Shown piece after piece: positions 9,721-19,853 of a DNA stretch of 58,175 nucleotides. The stretch's first letter is position 1. Every line of letters begins with the position of its first letter. This stretch comes from Leptospira biflexa (GTDB lineage: Bacteria > Spirochaetota > UBA4802 > JAGODF01). The position numbers and the translations under genes are program-made. The stretch spans positions 9,624-67,798 of the forward strand of contig DYLV01000002.1 in the NCBI GenBank assembly GCA_020721925.1. The letters are read 5' to 3'. The notes beneath the pieces were generated by a model. It was not told the DNA's origin, did not search any database, and saw only the letters and a program-made list of their open reading frames with translations.

Positions 9721-11616
9721 ATGAAATTTCTTTTTGTTCAGCTTCCCCTTACCGATCATGCTCAATCATACATTCAGGGGAATATCGAATATGCTCCGGC
9801 AACGATTGCAGCTTATATCAAGCGCCGCATTGAAGCGCAGGTTGCAATTGAATTTCTCCCATTTAACATTTCAAATTTTGCTTCAAATTCCGTTATTCTG
9901 CACTATATAACATCACTCAACCCCGATGTGATTTGTTTTTCGAATTATCTCTGGAATCTCGAGCGACATCTACATCTTGCTGAAAAAATCAAAAAATCAC
10001 TACCCCATGTGCATATCATTTTTGGAGGTCCGGAAATAGCCCCGGGTTCACATGTATTCTCCGAACCTCGCCCTTACGTTGATTACTTCGTCAACGGCGA
10101 AGGGGAATGGTTTTTCCGTCATTATTTCAACGAAATATTTCATAAAACACATGCACAAAATTTTAGTGGGAATACCCCCGTCACACAACCGTTTGATGAG
10201 CTACTTCCAGCTCATGAAATTGTTGAACCATTTACCGCACAATATCTCAACCCCATGCCCGACGGATCCATATTTTTAGAAATGACACGCGGCTGTCCAT
10301 ACCGATGCAGCTATTGCTACTACTCCAAAAACACCAGAACAGTGCGGGAACAACCGCATGAGATATTGCTCACTGCACTTCAAGATCGCTCACGAAGATT
10401 GAATGAAATATACATCCTCTCGCCTACATTTAATCGAACCAGCCGATTCATGGAAACCCTTCATACCATCCAGATGCACAACCCCGGCATACGTCTGCAC
10501 ACTGAAATGCGCGCAGAGGGAATCGATAAAAAAATGGCCATCGCTATTCGCCAGGCAGGTTTCGAAAGCCTCGAAATCGGATTACAAACGCTGACACGCA
10601 AAGCGCTTGTCAGCGTCACCCGATGTGCTAATCCAGACCAAGAACTCAAGGGAATGCAGCATCTGCGCGATGCCGGCATTGAACTTAAAATCGGCATCAT
10701 ACCCGGCCTTCCGGAGGATTCGCCTTCCGAATTTATGAAGACCGTTGAAACGCTCGTGCGCTCCGGTTTCGGCGAATACCTTGAACTCTATCCGCTTATG
10801 ATACTTCCCGGCACGCGCATGCGAGATATCGCACGTGCCCGCAACGCTTCGTTCATGCAAAAGCCCCCATATTTTTTCTTGGAAGGATGGGGTTTTCGCC
10901 ATAATGATTTAGCAGCCATATACAGATTTACCGAAGAGATGACCGGCTTTACCGCAGATGTTGAAAATCTACCTGATTTCTCGTTAACGGAAAAGGGCTT
11001 TCTCACCGCATCGCTGTATATCAATTGTTTAACATTTCCACACTGGCACACACTCGATATTACACATTATATCCAAACCTCCGTTTTTACCATACATCTC
11101 TCCCTAAGAACTTCATCGCTCAATATTGAAACTTTGAAAGACTTTTTATGTCGTCTTCCCTTAGAAGATCAGCTTTATTCAATTGTTCTTTATTCCGACC
11201 ACCCGATTGATAATGCTGCGCTAAATACTGGCAATCACCAACAAAAAGATTCATATCATGTACGGACACATTGTTTATCCGATATGCCTGAGAAATCTCA
11301 TTTCCGTTTTTTTCAGGTATTCGAGAATTTTTCAACATACACCACTGCACGGGAAGTATATTCAACAATAATACCCATTATTAAAATACATAAAGATAAT
11401 GTACGTATTATTAATTTTTTAACAGATGAAGAAGATCATCTTTTGATAAGCAAGGAAGTCTATAGATCTATACGCAGGCAACTTCTCCACGCTTTCCCCA
11501 ATGCCGTCGAATGCATAGCCTTTGAATCTGCAGAAGACATGGAAGATTTCTACGACGCGGTGCACAAAGAGTTCTTTCGTGTGGAAGGATTAAAGCTCAC
11601 ATATGCCCGTTTATGA
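9721..11616 (+). CDS. B12-binding-domain radical SAM protein
   Basis: N-terminal Rossmann-like B12-binding region, then EMTRGCPYRCSYCYY (CxxxCxxC). About 250 aa of unassigned C-terminal extension follows. The ATG at 9721 (MKFLFVQLP) is preferred over the GTG at 9700. Confidence 0.8.
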   Translation: MKFLFVQLPLTDHAQSYIQGNIEYAPATIAAYIKRRIEAQVAIEFLPFNISNFASNSVILHYITSLNPDVICFSNYLWNLERHLHLAEKIKKSLPHVHIIFGGPEIAPGSHVFSEPRPYVDYFVNGEGEWFFRHYFNEIFHKTHAQNFSGNTPVTQPFDELLPAHEIVEPFTAQYLNPMPDGSIFLEMTRGCPYRCSYCYYSKNTRTVREQPHEILLTALQDRSRRLNEIYILSPTFNRTSRFMETLHTIQMHNPGIRLHTEMRAEGIDKKMAIAIRQAGFESLEIGLQTLTRKALVSVTRCANPDQELKGMQHLRDAGIELKIGIIPGLPEDSPSEFMKTVETLVRSGFGEYLELYPLMILPGTRMRDIARARNASFMQKPPYFFLEGWGFRHNDLAAIYRFTEEMTGFTADVENLPDFSLTEKGFLTASLYINCLTFPHWHTLDITHYIQTSVFTIHLSLRTSSLNIETLKDFLCRLPLEDQLYSIVLYSDHPIDNAALNTGNHQQKDSYHVRTHCLSDMPEKSHFRFFQVFENFSTYTTAREVYSTIIPIIKIHKDNVRIINFLTDEEDHLLISKEVYRSIRRQLLHAFPNAVECIAFESAEDMEDFYDAVHKEFFRVEGLKLTYARL

Positions 11617-13750
11617 CACCCTTTTTCCGCAGATGCTCCATATACGGGCCGGAAGCATAATATATTCCCAAATCGCGCACAATGAGATATTCTTCTTCAT
11701 GCATGATATTCTTCGCCAACACGGGAATGCCGAGCTGGTCTGCGAAAATTTTTGCCCCGTTGACGATTTTGATCCTTTCTTTGAATGAATGAATATTTCG
11801 TATCACGTTTTCAGAAAAACACAACGCTTTACATTCAATGGATGAAAGCACATTCAGAAGATCCGGCCCAATGAAACAATTGTCCAGCCCAATCGATATC
11901 GCCGGAGGGAAGGATCGGATCGTCCGAATAAGTGTATCGCGCACTTTATCGGTGATCTGTGCTTCATTGATCATCAAAAGCATCCGTCTCCCTTTTAGAT
12001 GAACAGCTAACATATCTATATATTCTTGAAGGTCAATACCGCCGTTCCAGGGCACCATACTCGGGAGCTCTTTTTCTCTTTGAGTATGTTTCGCGATAGT
12101 TTTCGAAAATAATTCAGCCTGTTTTTTTATTTGATTTTCGATGAGAATATCCAATTCAAAAACATACTCGGGGCCGTCTGAAACCACAAAGTATTGATAT
12201 TCCCGATGTAAATTGAATGTGTTGAAATAATACTTCGTTTCTATGAGTGGTTTGTTCTGAGAGGGTGTACGTTGTATCGCACGCGCGTTGCGCTGAAGTT
12301 TTTCAAATTTTTTTCTTTTTATATCAGATGAATGAATTTCACCCATAATTCTCTTGACGCCATCAAGAAGCCCCCAGGGCTTTTTTCTGTCAAAGTACAT
12401 CACATCGCATGCATATCCAAGATCGAACACGCCGCAGGCAGGATTCCGGCTTATGCTCTGGAAAATATCATTGCACAGTTCCTTGAATTTTTGCAGATTA
12501 AAGGAAAAATCGGCAATGCTGGGAAACAGGACAACAAAATCGCATTCAAATAAACTCCCCCGGCAGTAAAATGTATCCGAAGCAAAATTGTTTTCACAGG
12601 CCTCCATGATCACGCTGACGATGTTGCGAATATCATAATGGAGATTTTGGCGGCCTCTTACAGCCGTAATTGTGGGGTTTTCCCGAATGCTGATTGCCAT
12701 GGTTCCGATGCTCTGTATCTCAAAATCCAGATTGGTGATCATTTCAAGGGCTCCTGGCAAATACGGCAATCTACTCACCACATCTGTATTATCTTTTGTA
12801 AGAAATGTTTCCCTGCTGCCCTTTAAATATTCCCAGAATCGGTCGTTGCGTCCCATAAGAGGGCTGTAAATGAGCGTTTTCCCCCTCCCTTCATTTTTCG
12901 CCGCATAGAGTGCATGGTCGGCTTTTGAAAGAAGATAAGAAAGATTCGCGGCCATGTGCGGATATTCCGCCACACCCGCACTAAAGTTCACATAAAAGAC
13001 TTTTTTCTTATCTCCCTGAAACGATATGGCCCCGTAAATATTTCTGATTCTTTCGACAATCTCCTTTGCGTCCACGGAGCTTATACCGGGAAACAGGATG
13101 ACAAATTCCTCACCCCCAAAGCGCGCCGGGAAATACACATCTCCGCAGACAGACATAATGACTTCCGCGAATGTCATGAGCACATTATCGCCCATCTGAT
13201 GCCCATGAATATCGTTGATCTGTTTAAAATGGTCAAGATCCAGAAGCGCAAGCGATAAACACCGTTTTTCCTCTCGGTAAATCTCCTCATTGAACTTTCT
13301 TAAAAATTCCCGCCGGTTATACAAACGCGTGAGCTCATCGGTGACAGCAATATGATAAAATTCTTCAATAAGGCGAATGCGCGATGCGACAACCGCGTGT
13401 AACTCTTCCGAATTTACTGGTTTGACGAGGATTGCATCGGCCCCTGTCTGATAGGCATGCACCCGCTCCTTGACCCCTTTCGAGTCAGTGATGAAGACAA
13501 ACGGGATCAGCCGGGTCTTAATACCTTTGCGGATTTTTTCCAGAAATGCAAAGCCATCTACCTCCGGCAATTCCGCTTCGCTGATGATGACATTCGGCAA
13601 ACGATAGGTGATGTTGCTCAACGCTTCAGGAACGCTTCGCGCAGTGATAAAATCATAATCGCTTCTATTAAGAGCACGGACAATGCTCCCGATTTCTTCA
13701 ATATCTGCAGCTACCACCAGAACCGCATGTTTTTTCTGTGCGTCTTTCAA
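11597..13750 (-). CDS. Response-regulator receiver plus GGDEF diguanylate cyclase, with a long divergent C-terminal region (degenerate GGDEF-like and EAL-like segments)
   Basis: REC domain: VLVVAADIEE...ISEAELPEVDGFAF...ILVKP. GGDEF domain: DELTRLYNRREF...ALLDLDHFKQINDIHGH...RFGGEEF. The C-terminal ~220 aa resemble an EAL fold but lack the canonical EAL and DDFGTG motifs (LMINEAQ, LDNCFIG). Confidence 0.85.
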   Translation of the reverse strand: MKDAQKKHAVLVVAADIEEIGSIVRALNRSDYDFITARSVPEALSNITYRLPNVIISEAELPEVDGFAFLEKIRKGIKTRLIPFVFITDSKGVKERVHAYQTGADAILVKPVNSEELHAVVASRIRLIEEFYHIAVTDELTRLYNRREFLRKFNEEIYREEKRCLSLALLDLDHFKQINDIHGHQMGDNVLMTFAEVIMSVCGDVYFPARFGGEEFVILFPGISSVDAKEIVERIRNIYGAISFQGDKKKVFYVNFSAGVAEYPHMAANLSYLLSKADHALYAAKNEGRGKTLIYSPLMGRNDRFWEYLKGSRETFLTKDNTDVVSRLPYLPGALEMITNLDFEIQSIGTMAISIRENPTITAVRGRQNLHYDIRNIVSVIMEACENNFASDTFYCRGSLFECDFVVLFPSIADFSFNLQKFKELCNDIFQSISRNPACGVFDLGYACDVMYFDRKKPWGLLDGVKRIMGEIHSSDIKRKKFEKLQRNARAIQRTPSQNKPLIETKYYFNTFNLHREYQYFVVSDGPEYVFELDILIENQIKKQAELFSKTIAKHTQREKELPSMVPWNGGIDLQEYIDMLAVHLKGRRMLLMINEAQITDKVRDTLIRTIRSFPPAISIGLDNCFIGPDLLNVLSSIECKALCFSENVIRNIHSFKERIKIVNGAKIFADQLGIPVLAKNIMHEEEYLIVRDLGIYYASGPYMEHLRKKGVINGHM

Positions 13751-14598
13751 CGTTCCCCCATAATGGCTTCAATTTCTTCGTTGAGCTCCTTAAGCGCTTT
13801 CACTGCAGCTTCTGCATAATGCATCCCTGGAAATCGTTTATACGCATAATTTATGGCACTTGATGAATTGATGCGATGAATCTGCCAGCTTCCTCCCGTG
13901 ATGAGGGAAGGCAGCACGCTTTCAAGATCACCCCCCTGCGAACCAACACCAGGAATGAGAAGTGGAATTTCCTTTCCAGTTGAAATGAAAATTTCTGCAA
14001 TTTGCCTCAATTGTTCAGGATAGGTCGCCCCCACCACTGCACCAATGCCCGGACTGTGCCATTCAATAATTTTTCTTGCCACGTGCTCGTAGATTGGACC
14101 ATCGGGGGTTGGTACATCTTGAATATCTCCTGAACTCTTATTTGATGTTTTAACCAGAACATATGCACCTTTTTCCGGATAATTTTTTACGAAGGGGAAA
14201 ATGGAATCATACCCCATGTAAGGCGAAAGCGTCACTGCATCCGCATTGAAAAATTCAAAGCATTCTTTTGCATAGGCCTCTGCTGTTTTTCCAATATCGC
14301 CCCGCTTCACATCCAGAATTACTGGAAAACCCTCTTTTCGATATAACGCAATGAGCCCGTGTAATGCTTCCAGCCCTTCAAACCCGTACTGCGCGTAAAA
14401 CGCATAATTGGGCTTCACCGCCGCAGGAAAGACTTTTTCCTTTGCCATCCTATCCAGAATTGCTTCATAAAATGCATAAATAGCCCTGCCAACATTCGCT
14501 TCCCGAAGGGGAATGTCTTCCCGCAGCGGGTCCATACCCAGACATACGATGCTGCGAAACTTCTCTGAGACATCTTTGAGCATAGTCAGGAAATTCAT
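13747..14598 (-). CDS. pyrF: Orotidine-5'-phosphate decarboxylase (type 2)
   Basis: CLGMDP and LDVKRGDIGKTAEAYA motifs; 283 aa. The stop overlaps the start of the downstream GGDEF gene by 4 nt. Confidence 0.9.
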   Translation of the reverse strand: MNFLTMLKDVSEKFRSIVCLGMDPLREDIPLREANVGRAIYAFYEAILDRMAKEKVFPAAVKPNYAFYAQYGFEGLEALHGLIALYRKEGFPVILDVKRGDIGKTAEAYAKECFEFFNADAVTLSPYMGYDSIFPFVKNYPEKGAYVLVKTSNKSSGDIQDVPTPDGPIYEHVARKIIEWHSPGIGAVVGATYPEQLRQIAEIFISTGKEIPLLIPGVGSQGGDLESVLPSLITGGSWQIHRINSSSAINYAYKRFPGMHYAEAAVKALKELNEEIEAIMGER

Positions 14599-14607
14599 GG
14601 CACGATA

Positions 14608-15147
14608 TCATCCTCGAAGCTTTTTCAGATAGTCTATGTACAAAGTATAATTTTCATCATCGAACAGAACAAACACCACCTGCATGCGATATCCGGTATC
14701 TCGCAGGTATTCGAGCACAGTGGTAATTGCCACCTCGCATGCCTCTTCTTTCGGATATCCATACACGCCGGTGGAAATGGCAGGAAAGGCGATTGATTGC
14801 AGGGTATTTTGATGCGCCAACTTCATGGAATTATAATACGAATTGCGCAACACTTCACGTTCACCGCTTTTGCCATTGCGATACACAGGCCCGGGCGTAT
14901 GAATCACGTAACGCGCTTTGAGCCTGTATCCTTTCGTGATGCGTGCCTCACCGTGGGAACAGCCACCGAGCGTACGGCATTCCGCTAAAAGTTCCGGCCC
15001 CGCTGCCCGATGAATTGCGCCGTCAACCCCTCCACCACCAAGAAGACTTGGATTTGCGGCGTTGACTATTACATCAACATCTTCCTTCGTTATGTCGCCT
15101 TTTTTTATCGAAATCAGCACACGTATGTCTGACGGAAAGACCATCAT
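14608..15147 (-). CDS. Macro-domain protein (O-acetyl-ADP-ribose deacetylase / ADP-ribose binding, YmdB-like)
   Basis: GDITKEDVDVIVNAANPSLLGGGGVDGAIHRAAGPELL and SIAFPAISTGVYGYP. Confidence 0.9.
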   Translation of the reverse strand: MMVFPSDIRVLISIKKGDITKEDVDVIVNAANPSLLGGGGVDGAIHRAAGPELLAECRTLGGCSHGEARITKGYRLKARYVIHTPGPVYRNGKSGEREVLRNSYYNSMKLAHQNTLQSIAFPAISTGVYGYPKEEACEVAITTVLEYLRDTGYRMQVVFVLFDDENYTLYIDYLKKLRG

Positions 15148-15264
15148 CTCCCTCCATAGTTCCGATCTGATATCACTCCGGGAATTCTATAGGCATGCCA
15201 ACAATCCCCTCTATGGTACGGACATTATGCTATACCCATCCTCGCGTTTTGTCCAATAAAAAAC

Positions 15265-15293
15265 TTGACACGAATACGTAAATTTTTTATCAT
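15265..15293 (+). promoter_or_regulatory. Sigma70-type promoter candidate for the lipoprotein operon
   Basis: TTGACA (15265-15270), 17-nt spacer, TATCAT (15288-15293). A second TATAAT lies at 15312-15317. Confidence 0.45.
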
Positions 15294-15373
15294 TATTGTA
15301 CATATATGCGGTATAATACTATTGCAGGGCGCGGTAATACCCATCAGTTGAAACATTGAAAGGAATAACTCCA

Positions 15374-17131
15374 ATGAGTTTCGAAACACAAAAAAAACTC
15401 TCTATCGTGCTCACCATTTTTCTCTCCTTTTTGATCTTTGTCTCGTGCTCTGATGACGACGATGCTTCCGAGAGCTGGTCCAGCATTTCCCGTAGTAATA
15501 CCTACACAGGCCCTGGAAGCGAAGTATTTCTTGTTGATACAAACGGAAACGTTCATCTCACCTACACGCTCAGCCTTGGAAGTTCATCAAAAGATGTCTA
15601 TTTTATTTTTACTAACACAACCTCTTCTGATGCCGCGCAAATGCCGGTGGTGAAAAACCGTGTGGGCGATGATGATATCGGTGATGATATCGATAGTGAA
15701 AGCTCTTTCAGAACCGAACTGTCGGCAGAAGTTCCCTCGCCATCTGCGCAGCCTATCGCCCAGCGCGGGAAGCCGGAAATTACCGAATTCAACCACCGGC
15801 CGATTGTGCGAACCGAGACCTTTTCTCCACGCGGATTATTGCGTTCACTCACCCCACCAACATTAAGAGCTGATACAGAAGGCTCTCCTGGAACTTTTTA
15901 CGACGACCGCGGCAATGTCATCACCGCAACCTGCCGTAAGGTGATAACAAAAGATACAGGAATCCCGGTCACCGTCAACATCTGGGTCGCAAATAATTGC
16001 TTTGATAAATGTTCAAAAGCAAACTGTATTACAAGCGATATGGTTAATGCCCTTGCCGACAAATTCATCATGTCCGGCACTGCAAACGACATCTATGAGT
16101 GGACTACTACCATTTATGGGTCAGAATGGGAAGAGACCGCACACACTCTCTATCCGAATGATTTAATCCACGACAATGATGAAATCACCATTCTGCTCTT
16201 CGATATCGATGGCGATAATTCACCCTCTGGTGGTGTGGTAGGATTCTTTTATGCGCGGGATAATTTTTTCAGGGTGCCTTCTGACTACACGCTGCAGTAT
16301 TCAAACGAGCGCATTATGTTCTATTTAGATGCGGTGATGTTTGCAAATGGTGATGATTCATGGGAAATCACTGACCAATGGCCTTCCACCATTGTATCCA
16401 CGCTTGCCCATGAATTTCAGCACATGATTCATTTTTATCAGAAAACCGTATTGCGAAGCAATGGCGAACCAAGCGAAACCTGGCTCGATGAACTTTGTGC
16501 CATGGCAACAGAAGATATTCTGTCATCTCACATGAAGGTTGATGGGCCTCGAGGAGTTGCGTACAATACCGCAACCGCAGGCGATCCAGGCAACACTAAA
16601 GGGCGGCTCCCGGAGTACAACTATTACAATGATATTTCTCTCACCGAATGGGATAACTCGACGCGTAACTACGCTATCAACTATGCCTTCGGGGCGTATC
16701 TTACGCGCAATTTCGGCGGCGCGCCTTTTTTACGCAATATTGTTCAAAATTCTTTCACGAATTATCGCGCAATTGAATATGCGCTTTCCTCGCAGGGATA
16801 CAATATAGATTTCGCGACTGTTTTAAGAAAATGGGCGGCTTCAAATCTTCTCTCTGATACCACTTCCCCTCCTGCCGGATATTATCAATATAATGCAGGT
16901 GATTGGTTTACATCCTCGCTTTCATCAATAACGTATTCTCTCGGTTCAATCAATCTGTACAACTATAAATATGGTTTTCACACTGGCCCGTATGTGTACA
17001 CAACCATGCCTACAGGCATCCAGCCAAAAACATCGAATATCTTTTATCTGGCCGGGAATAACGTAACCGGATCCCTTGTGTACAACATTGACATACCCAA
17101 AGAAGTGAAATTAACCGTCGTGGTAAAATGA
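15374..17131 (+). CDS. Lipoprotein zinc metallopeptidase (HExxH; hyicolysin/M30-like)
   Basis: Signal peptide plus lipobox LSFLIFVSC-SDD. Zinc motif TLAHEFQHMIHF. The ATG at 15374 is preceded by GAAAGGAA. Confidence 0.7.
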   Translation: MSFETQKKLSIVLTIFLSFLIFVSCSDDDDASESWSSISRSNTYTGPGSEVFLVDTNGNVHLTYTLSLGSSSKDVYFIFTNTTSSDAAQMPVVKNRVGDDDIGDDIDSESSFRTELSAEVPSPSAQPIAQRGKPEITEFNHRPIVRTETFSPRGLLRSLTPPTLRADTEGSPGTFYDDRGNVITATCRKVITKDTGIPVTVNIWVANNCFDKCSKANCITSDMVNALADKFIMSGTANDIYEWTTTIYGSEWEETAHTLYPNDLIHDNDEITILLFDIDGDNSPSGGVVGFFYARDNFFRVPSDYTLQYSNERIMFYLDAVMFANGDDSWEITDQWPSTIVSTLAHEFQHMIHFYQKTVLRSNGEPSETWLDELCAMATEDILSSHMKVDGPRGVAYNTATAGDPGNTKGRLPEYNYYNDISLTEWDNSTRNYAINYAFGAYLTRNFGGAPFLRNIVQNSFTNYRAIEYALSSQGYNIDFATVLRKWAASNLLSDTTSPPAGYYQYNAGDWFTSSLSSITYSLGSINLYNYKYGFHTGPYVYTTMPTGIQPKTSNIFYLAGNNVTGSLVYNIDIPKEVKLTVVVK

Positions 17132-17454
17132 CTGTGAGCGCAAAAACGCATAAAAATATTTTACGTGCACTGATACTCTTCAGTGTAGCTCTGAGCCTTT
17201 CAGTAGTTTTCTCCTGCGAAGTGAAAAACTATGCCGGAATCATCTCTATCCGAGGCAATGCTCCTTTCTCAAAGCTTGTCCTTGCCACCGATGATGGTGC
17301 GCTCTATGAGCTGGTTGGTGAGAGGGCAAAAGAACTTATGTCGCATCAATACGCACGTGTGGTCATTGCAGGAAAAGAAATCTACCCTGCCAAGGGACCT
17401 GGTTTTCCCGCGAAACTTGAGGTGATAAACATTCTTTCCATCAGCGCCAAATAA
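17128..17454 (+). CDS. Small lipoprotein, unknown function
   Basis: Lipobox LSVVFSC-EV. The start overlaps the peptidase stop as ATGA (17128-17131). Confidence 0.65.
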   Translation: MTVSAKTHKNILRALILFSVALSLSVVFSCEVKNYAGIISIRGNAPFSKLVLATDDGALYELVGERAKELMSHQYARVVIAGKEIYPAKGPGFPAKLEVINILSISAK

Positions 17455-17494
17455 CGCTGTTTCTTCCTTATTTCCTTTTCGAAAATAGAATATC

Positions 17495-17911
17495 ATGCAA
17501 AAAATCCATTCCTTTTTAATAATTTTTTTCCTCATGCTCATCGCATCATGTGAGGACCATGCGTCAATTCGTCAGGTACTGACGAAACAGACCACGCTGA
17601 TAAACACCACTGCGCATGCGGTAAAGCATGCAGAATCTTCACACACTGTGATAGCAGCATTACGGCATTTTAACAGCGAAATGGAAAAATTGCACGCATG
17701 TCTTGTAGAATCTCAAAAACGCTCTTCGACGTTAAAATCGCTCATTTCCACCCCGCCTCGTGCACTCGCAGATGATGTGCACAACCTGAAAACTGCCGCC
17801 CAGACCCTTAGAGAAACGCTCGCAACAGCATTTATGTATTGCGAAGATTCACAGCTTAGGAAGATGCTTATAAAAACTGCCACAACCCTCGAGAAAACAC
17901 TTGCACAATAG
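17495..17911 (+). CDS. Small helical lipoprotein, unknown function
   Basis: Lipobox FLMLIASC-ED. The mature part appears alpha-helical from its composition. Confidence 0.6.
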   Translation: MQKIHSFLIIFFLMLIASCEDHASIRQVLTKQTTLINTTAHAVKHAESSHTVIAALRHFNSEMEKLHACLVESQKRSSTLKSLISTPPRALADDVHNLKTAAQTLRETLATAFMYCEDSQLRKMLIKTATTLEKTLAQ

Positions 17912-17948
17912 CATCTCTGATTGACTTTCTCTCCGCTACAAAAAGTTG

Positions 17949-17957
17949 TGGTATAAT
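17949..17957 (+). promoter_or_regulatory. Extended -10 promoter element upstream of mnmG
   Basis: TGGTATAAT lies 31 nt upstream of the ATG at 17988. The nearest TTGACT (17921-17926) is 25 nt away, which is too far for a normal -35. Confidence 0.35.
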
Positions 17958-17987
17958 GAGATTGATATCACCGAAGTGGGGAATTGC

Positions 17988-19853
17988 ATGATCAAACGAT
18001 TCGACATAATCGTGGTTGGCGCTGGTCATGCGGGAGTTGAGGCAGCGCTTGCTTCCGCGCGCATGGGCTTTCGCACAGTTTTACTCACCGGCAATCTGGA
18101 CACCATCTGCCAGATGAGCTGCAATCCTGCGATTGGCGGGCTTGCCAAGGGACATCTGGTGCGCGAAGTAGACGCCCTCGGCGGCGAGATGGGCATCGCC
18201 ATTGATGAAACCGGTATCCACTATAAGATGCTCAATCGCAGCAAGGGTCCCGCGGTGTGGGCACCGCGCGCGCAGGCCGATAAGAAAGCATATCAATTTC
18301 GCATGAAAGCGGTGCTCGAAAAACAGCACAATCTCACACTCATACAGGATATTGCAAAAACCATTTCCGCTGAAAACGGAAAAGTTCGTGGCATAATCTC
18401 TGAACGTGAAATTTCATACGAAGCCGATGCCGTTATTTTATGTACCGGTACTTTTTTAAAAGGTCTCATCCACATCGGCGAATTCAACGCCCGCATGGGG
18501 CGCCTTGGCGATTTCTCATCAGAGTACCTTTCAGATTCATTGCGCGATCTCGGTTTCCCCGTCCTGCGCCTTAAAACTGGCACCCCTCAGCGCATTAATG
18601 GCAACACCATTAATTTTTCGCGCTGCGAAATCCAGCTTCCGGATGAAGAACCCTCACCATTTTCGTACCGCACCGCTTCCATTCAACGAGTACAATATCC
18701 CTGCTGGATCACCTATACCAGTGAAAAAACACACGAAATCATTCGCAAAAACATCCATCGCTCCCCTCTCTACGGGGGGAAAATCAAGGGAATCGGCCCA
18801 CGCTACTGCCCTTCAATCGAAGATAAGGTGGTGCGCTTTGCCGATAAACCACGACATCAGCTTTTTCTTGAACCGGAGGGTGCCACCACAAACGAATATT
18901 ATATCAATGGCTTCTCGAGCTCCCTCCCCGAAGACGTGCAGGAAGAGATGGTGCGTACAATTCCTGGACTTGAGGATATCCAAATCATGCGACCCGCGTA
19001 TGCGGTTGAATACGATTTCGTGCCTCCCACAGAGCTTCATCCGACGCTTGAAACCAAACGCATCGCGGGATTATATCATGCAGGACAGATCAACGGCACT
19101 TCAGGCTATGAGGAAGCCGCCGCACAGGGACTGATGGCCGCGCTCAATGCATGCAGAAAGCTTTCAGGCAAAGCGCCGCTCATATTAAAGCGCTCTGAAG
19201 CATACATCGGCGTGCTCATCGACGATTTAGTCACCAAAGGCGCCGACGAACCGTATCGGATGTTCACGTCACGTGCAGAACATCGCCTCATATTGCGGCA
19301 GGATAATGCCGATCAGCGCCTGATACAATATGGCTATGAAAACGGATTAGTAACCAAGGATCAGTTCGAAAAAGCCGCACGCAAATACGAGGCGATTGCA
19401 TCCATTAAAGAAACGCTTTCAAAGACATCCATCATTGTCGATGAAAAGTTTCTCCGTGCAATTCACAGCGAAACACTCACCTTAGGCGAAAAACACATTG
19501 CACGTAAACTTCTTAAAAGGCCGGGCATCACACTCATACCAATTCTTGAAAAGATCAATCTTTCGCTGCCCGAGGAATGGGCACGAGTCATAGAGATGGA
19601 AATCAAATATGAAGGATACATCCAGAAAGATCTGGATCGTATAAAAAAAATGGAAAAACTCGAAAATCACCAAATCCCTTCCGATATTGATTTCGCGCTC
19701 ATTTTAGGCCTTAAAACAGAAGCGCGCATAAAACTTTCAAAAATTCGGCCTGCCACTATCGGCCAGGCCATCCGCATCCCGGGCGTTGACCCATCGGACA
19801 TTTCAATCCTTATTGTGTATCTCGAATCAAAAAAAAGACAGGATGGTCGCTGA
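17988..19853 (+). CDS. mnmG: tRNA uridine 5-carboxymethylaminomethyl modification enzyme MnmG (GidA)
   Basis: [26 protein letters not shown] motif, with full-length MnmG-type similarity by eye ([27 protein letters not shown]). The internal ATG at 17988 is preferred to the TTG at 17946. Confidence 0.95.
   Translation: MIKRFDIIVVGAGHAGVEAALASARMGFRTVLLTGNLDTICQMSCNPAIGGLAKGHLVREVDALGGEMGIAIDETGIHYKMLNRSKGPAVWAPRAQADKKAYQFRMKAVLEKQHNLTLIQDIAKTISAENGKVRGIISEREISYEADAVILCTGTFLKGLIHIGEFNARMGRLGDFSSEYLSDSLRDLGFPVLRLKTGTPQRINGNTINFSRCEIQLPDEEPSPFSYRTASIQRVQYPCWITYTSEKTHEIIRKNIHRSPLYGGKIKGIGPRYCPSIEDKVVRFADKPRHQLFLEPEGATTNEYYINGFSSSLPEDVQEEMVRTIPGLEDIQIMRPAYAVEYDFVPPTELHPTLETKRIAGLYHAGQINGTSGYEEAAAQGLMAALNACRKLSGKAPLILKRSEAYIGVLIDDLVTKGADEPYRMFTSRAEHRLILRQDNADQRLIQYGYENGLVTKDQFEKAARKYEAIASIKETLSKTSIIVDEKFLRAIHSETLTLGEKHIARKLLKRPGITLIPILEKINLSLPEEWARVIEMEIKYEGYIQKDLDRIKKMEKLENHQIPSDIDFALILGLKTEARIKLSKIRPATIGQAIRIPGVDPSDISILIVYLESKKRQDGR

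Noticed and set aside
18505-19134. 209-aa alternate-frame ORF inside mnmG. Similar cases are 9014-9571 (antisense in nadE), 53542-54003 and 54013-54396 (antisense in the LysM gene), 30102-30524 and 28303-28719.
   Set aside because: All are embedded in genes with clear family signatures, and none has motifs of its own.
19256-19283. parS-like string TGTTCACGTCACGTGCAGAACA in mnmG, and half-sites TGTTCCAC (36403-36410) and GTGAAACA (57548-57555).
   Set aside because: The first has the two arms separated by extra bases, so it is not a 16-bp palindrome. The others are single half-sites with a non-matching partner half.
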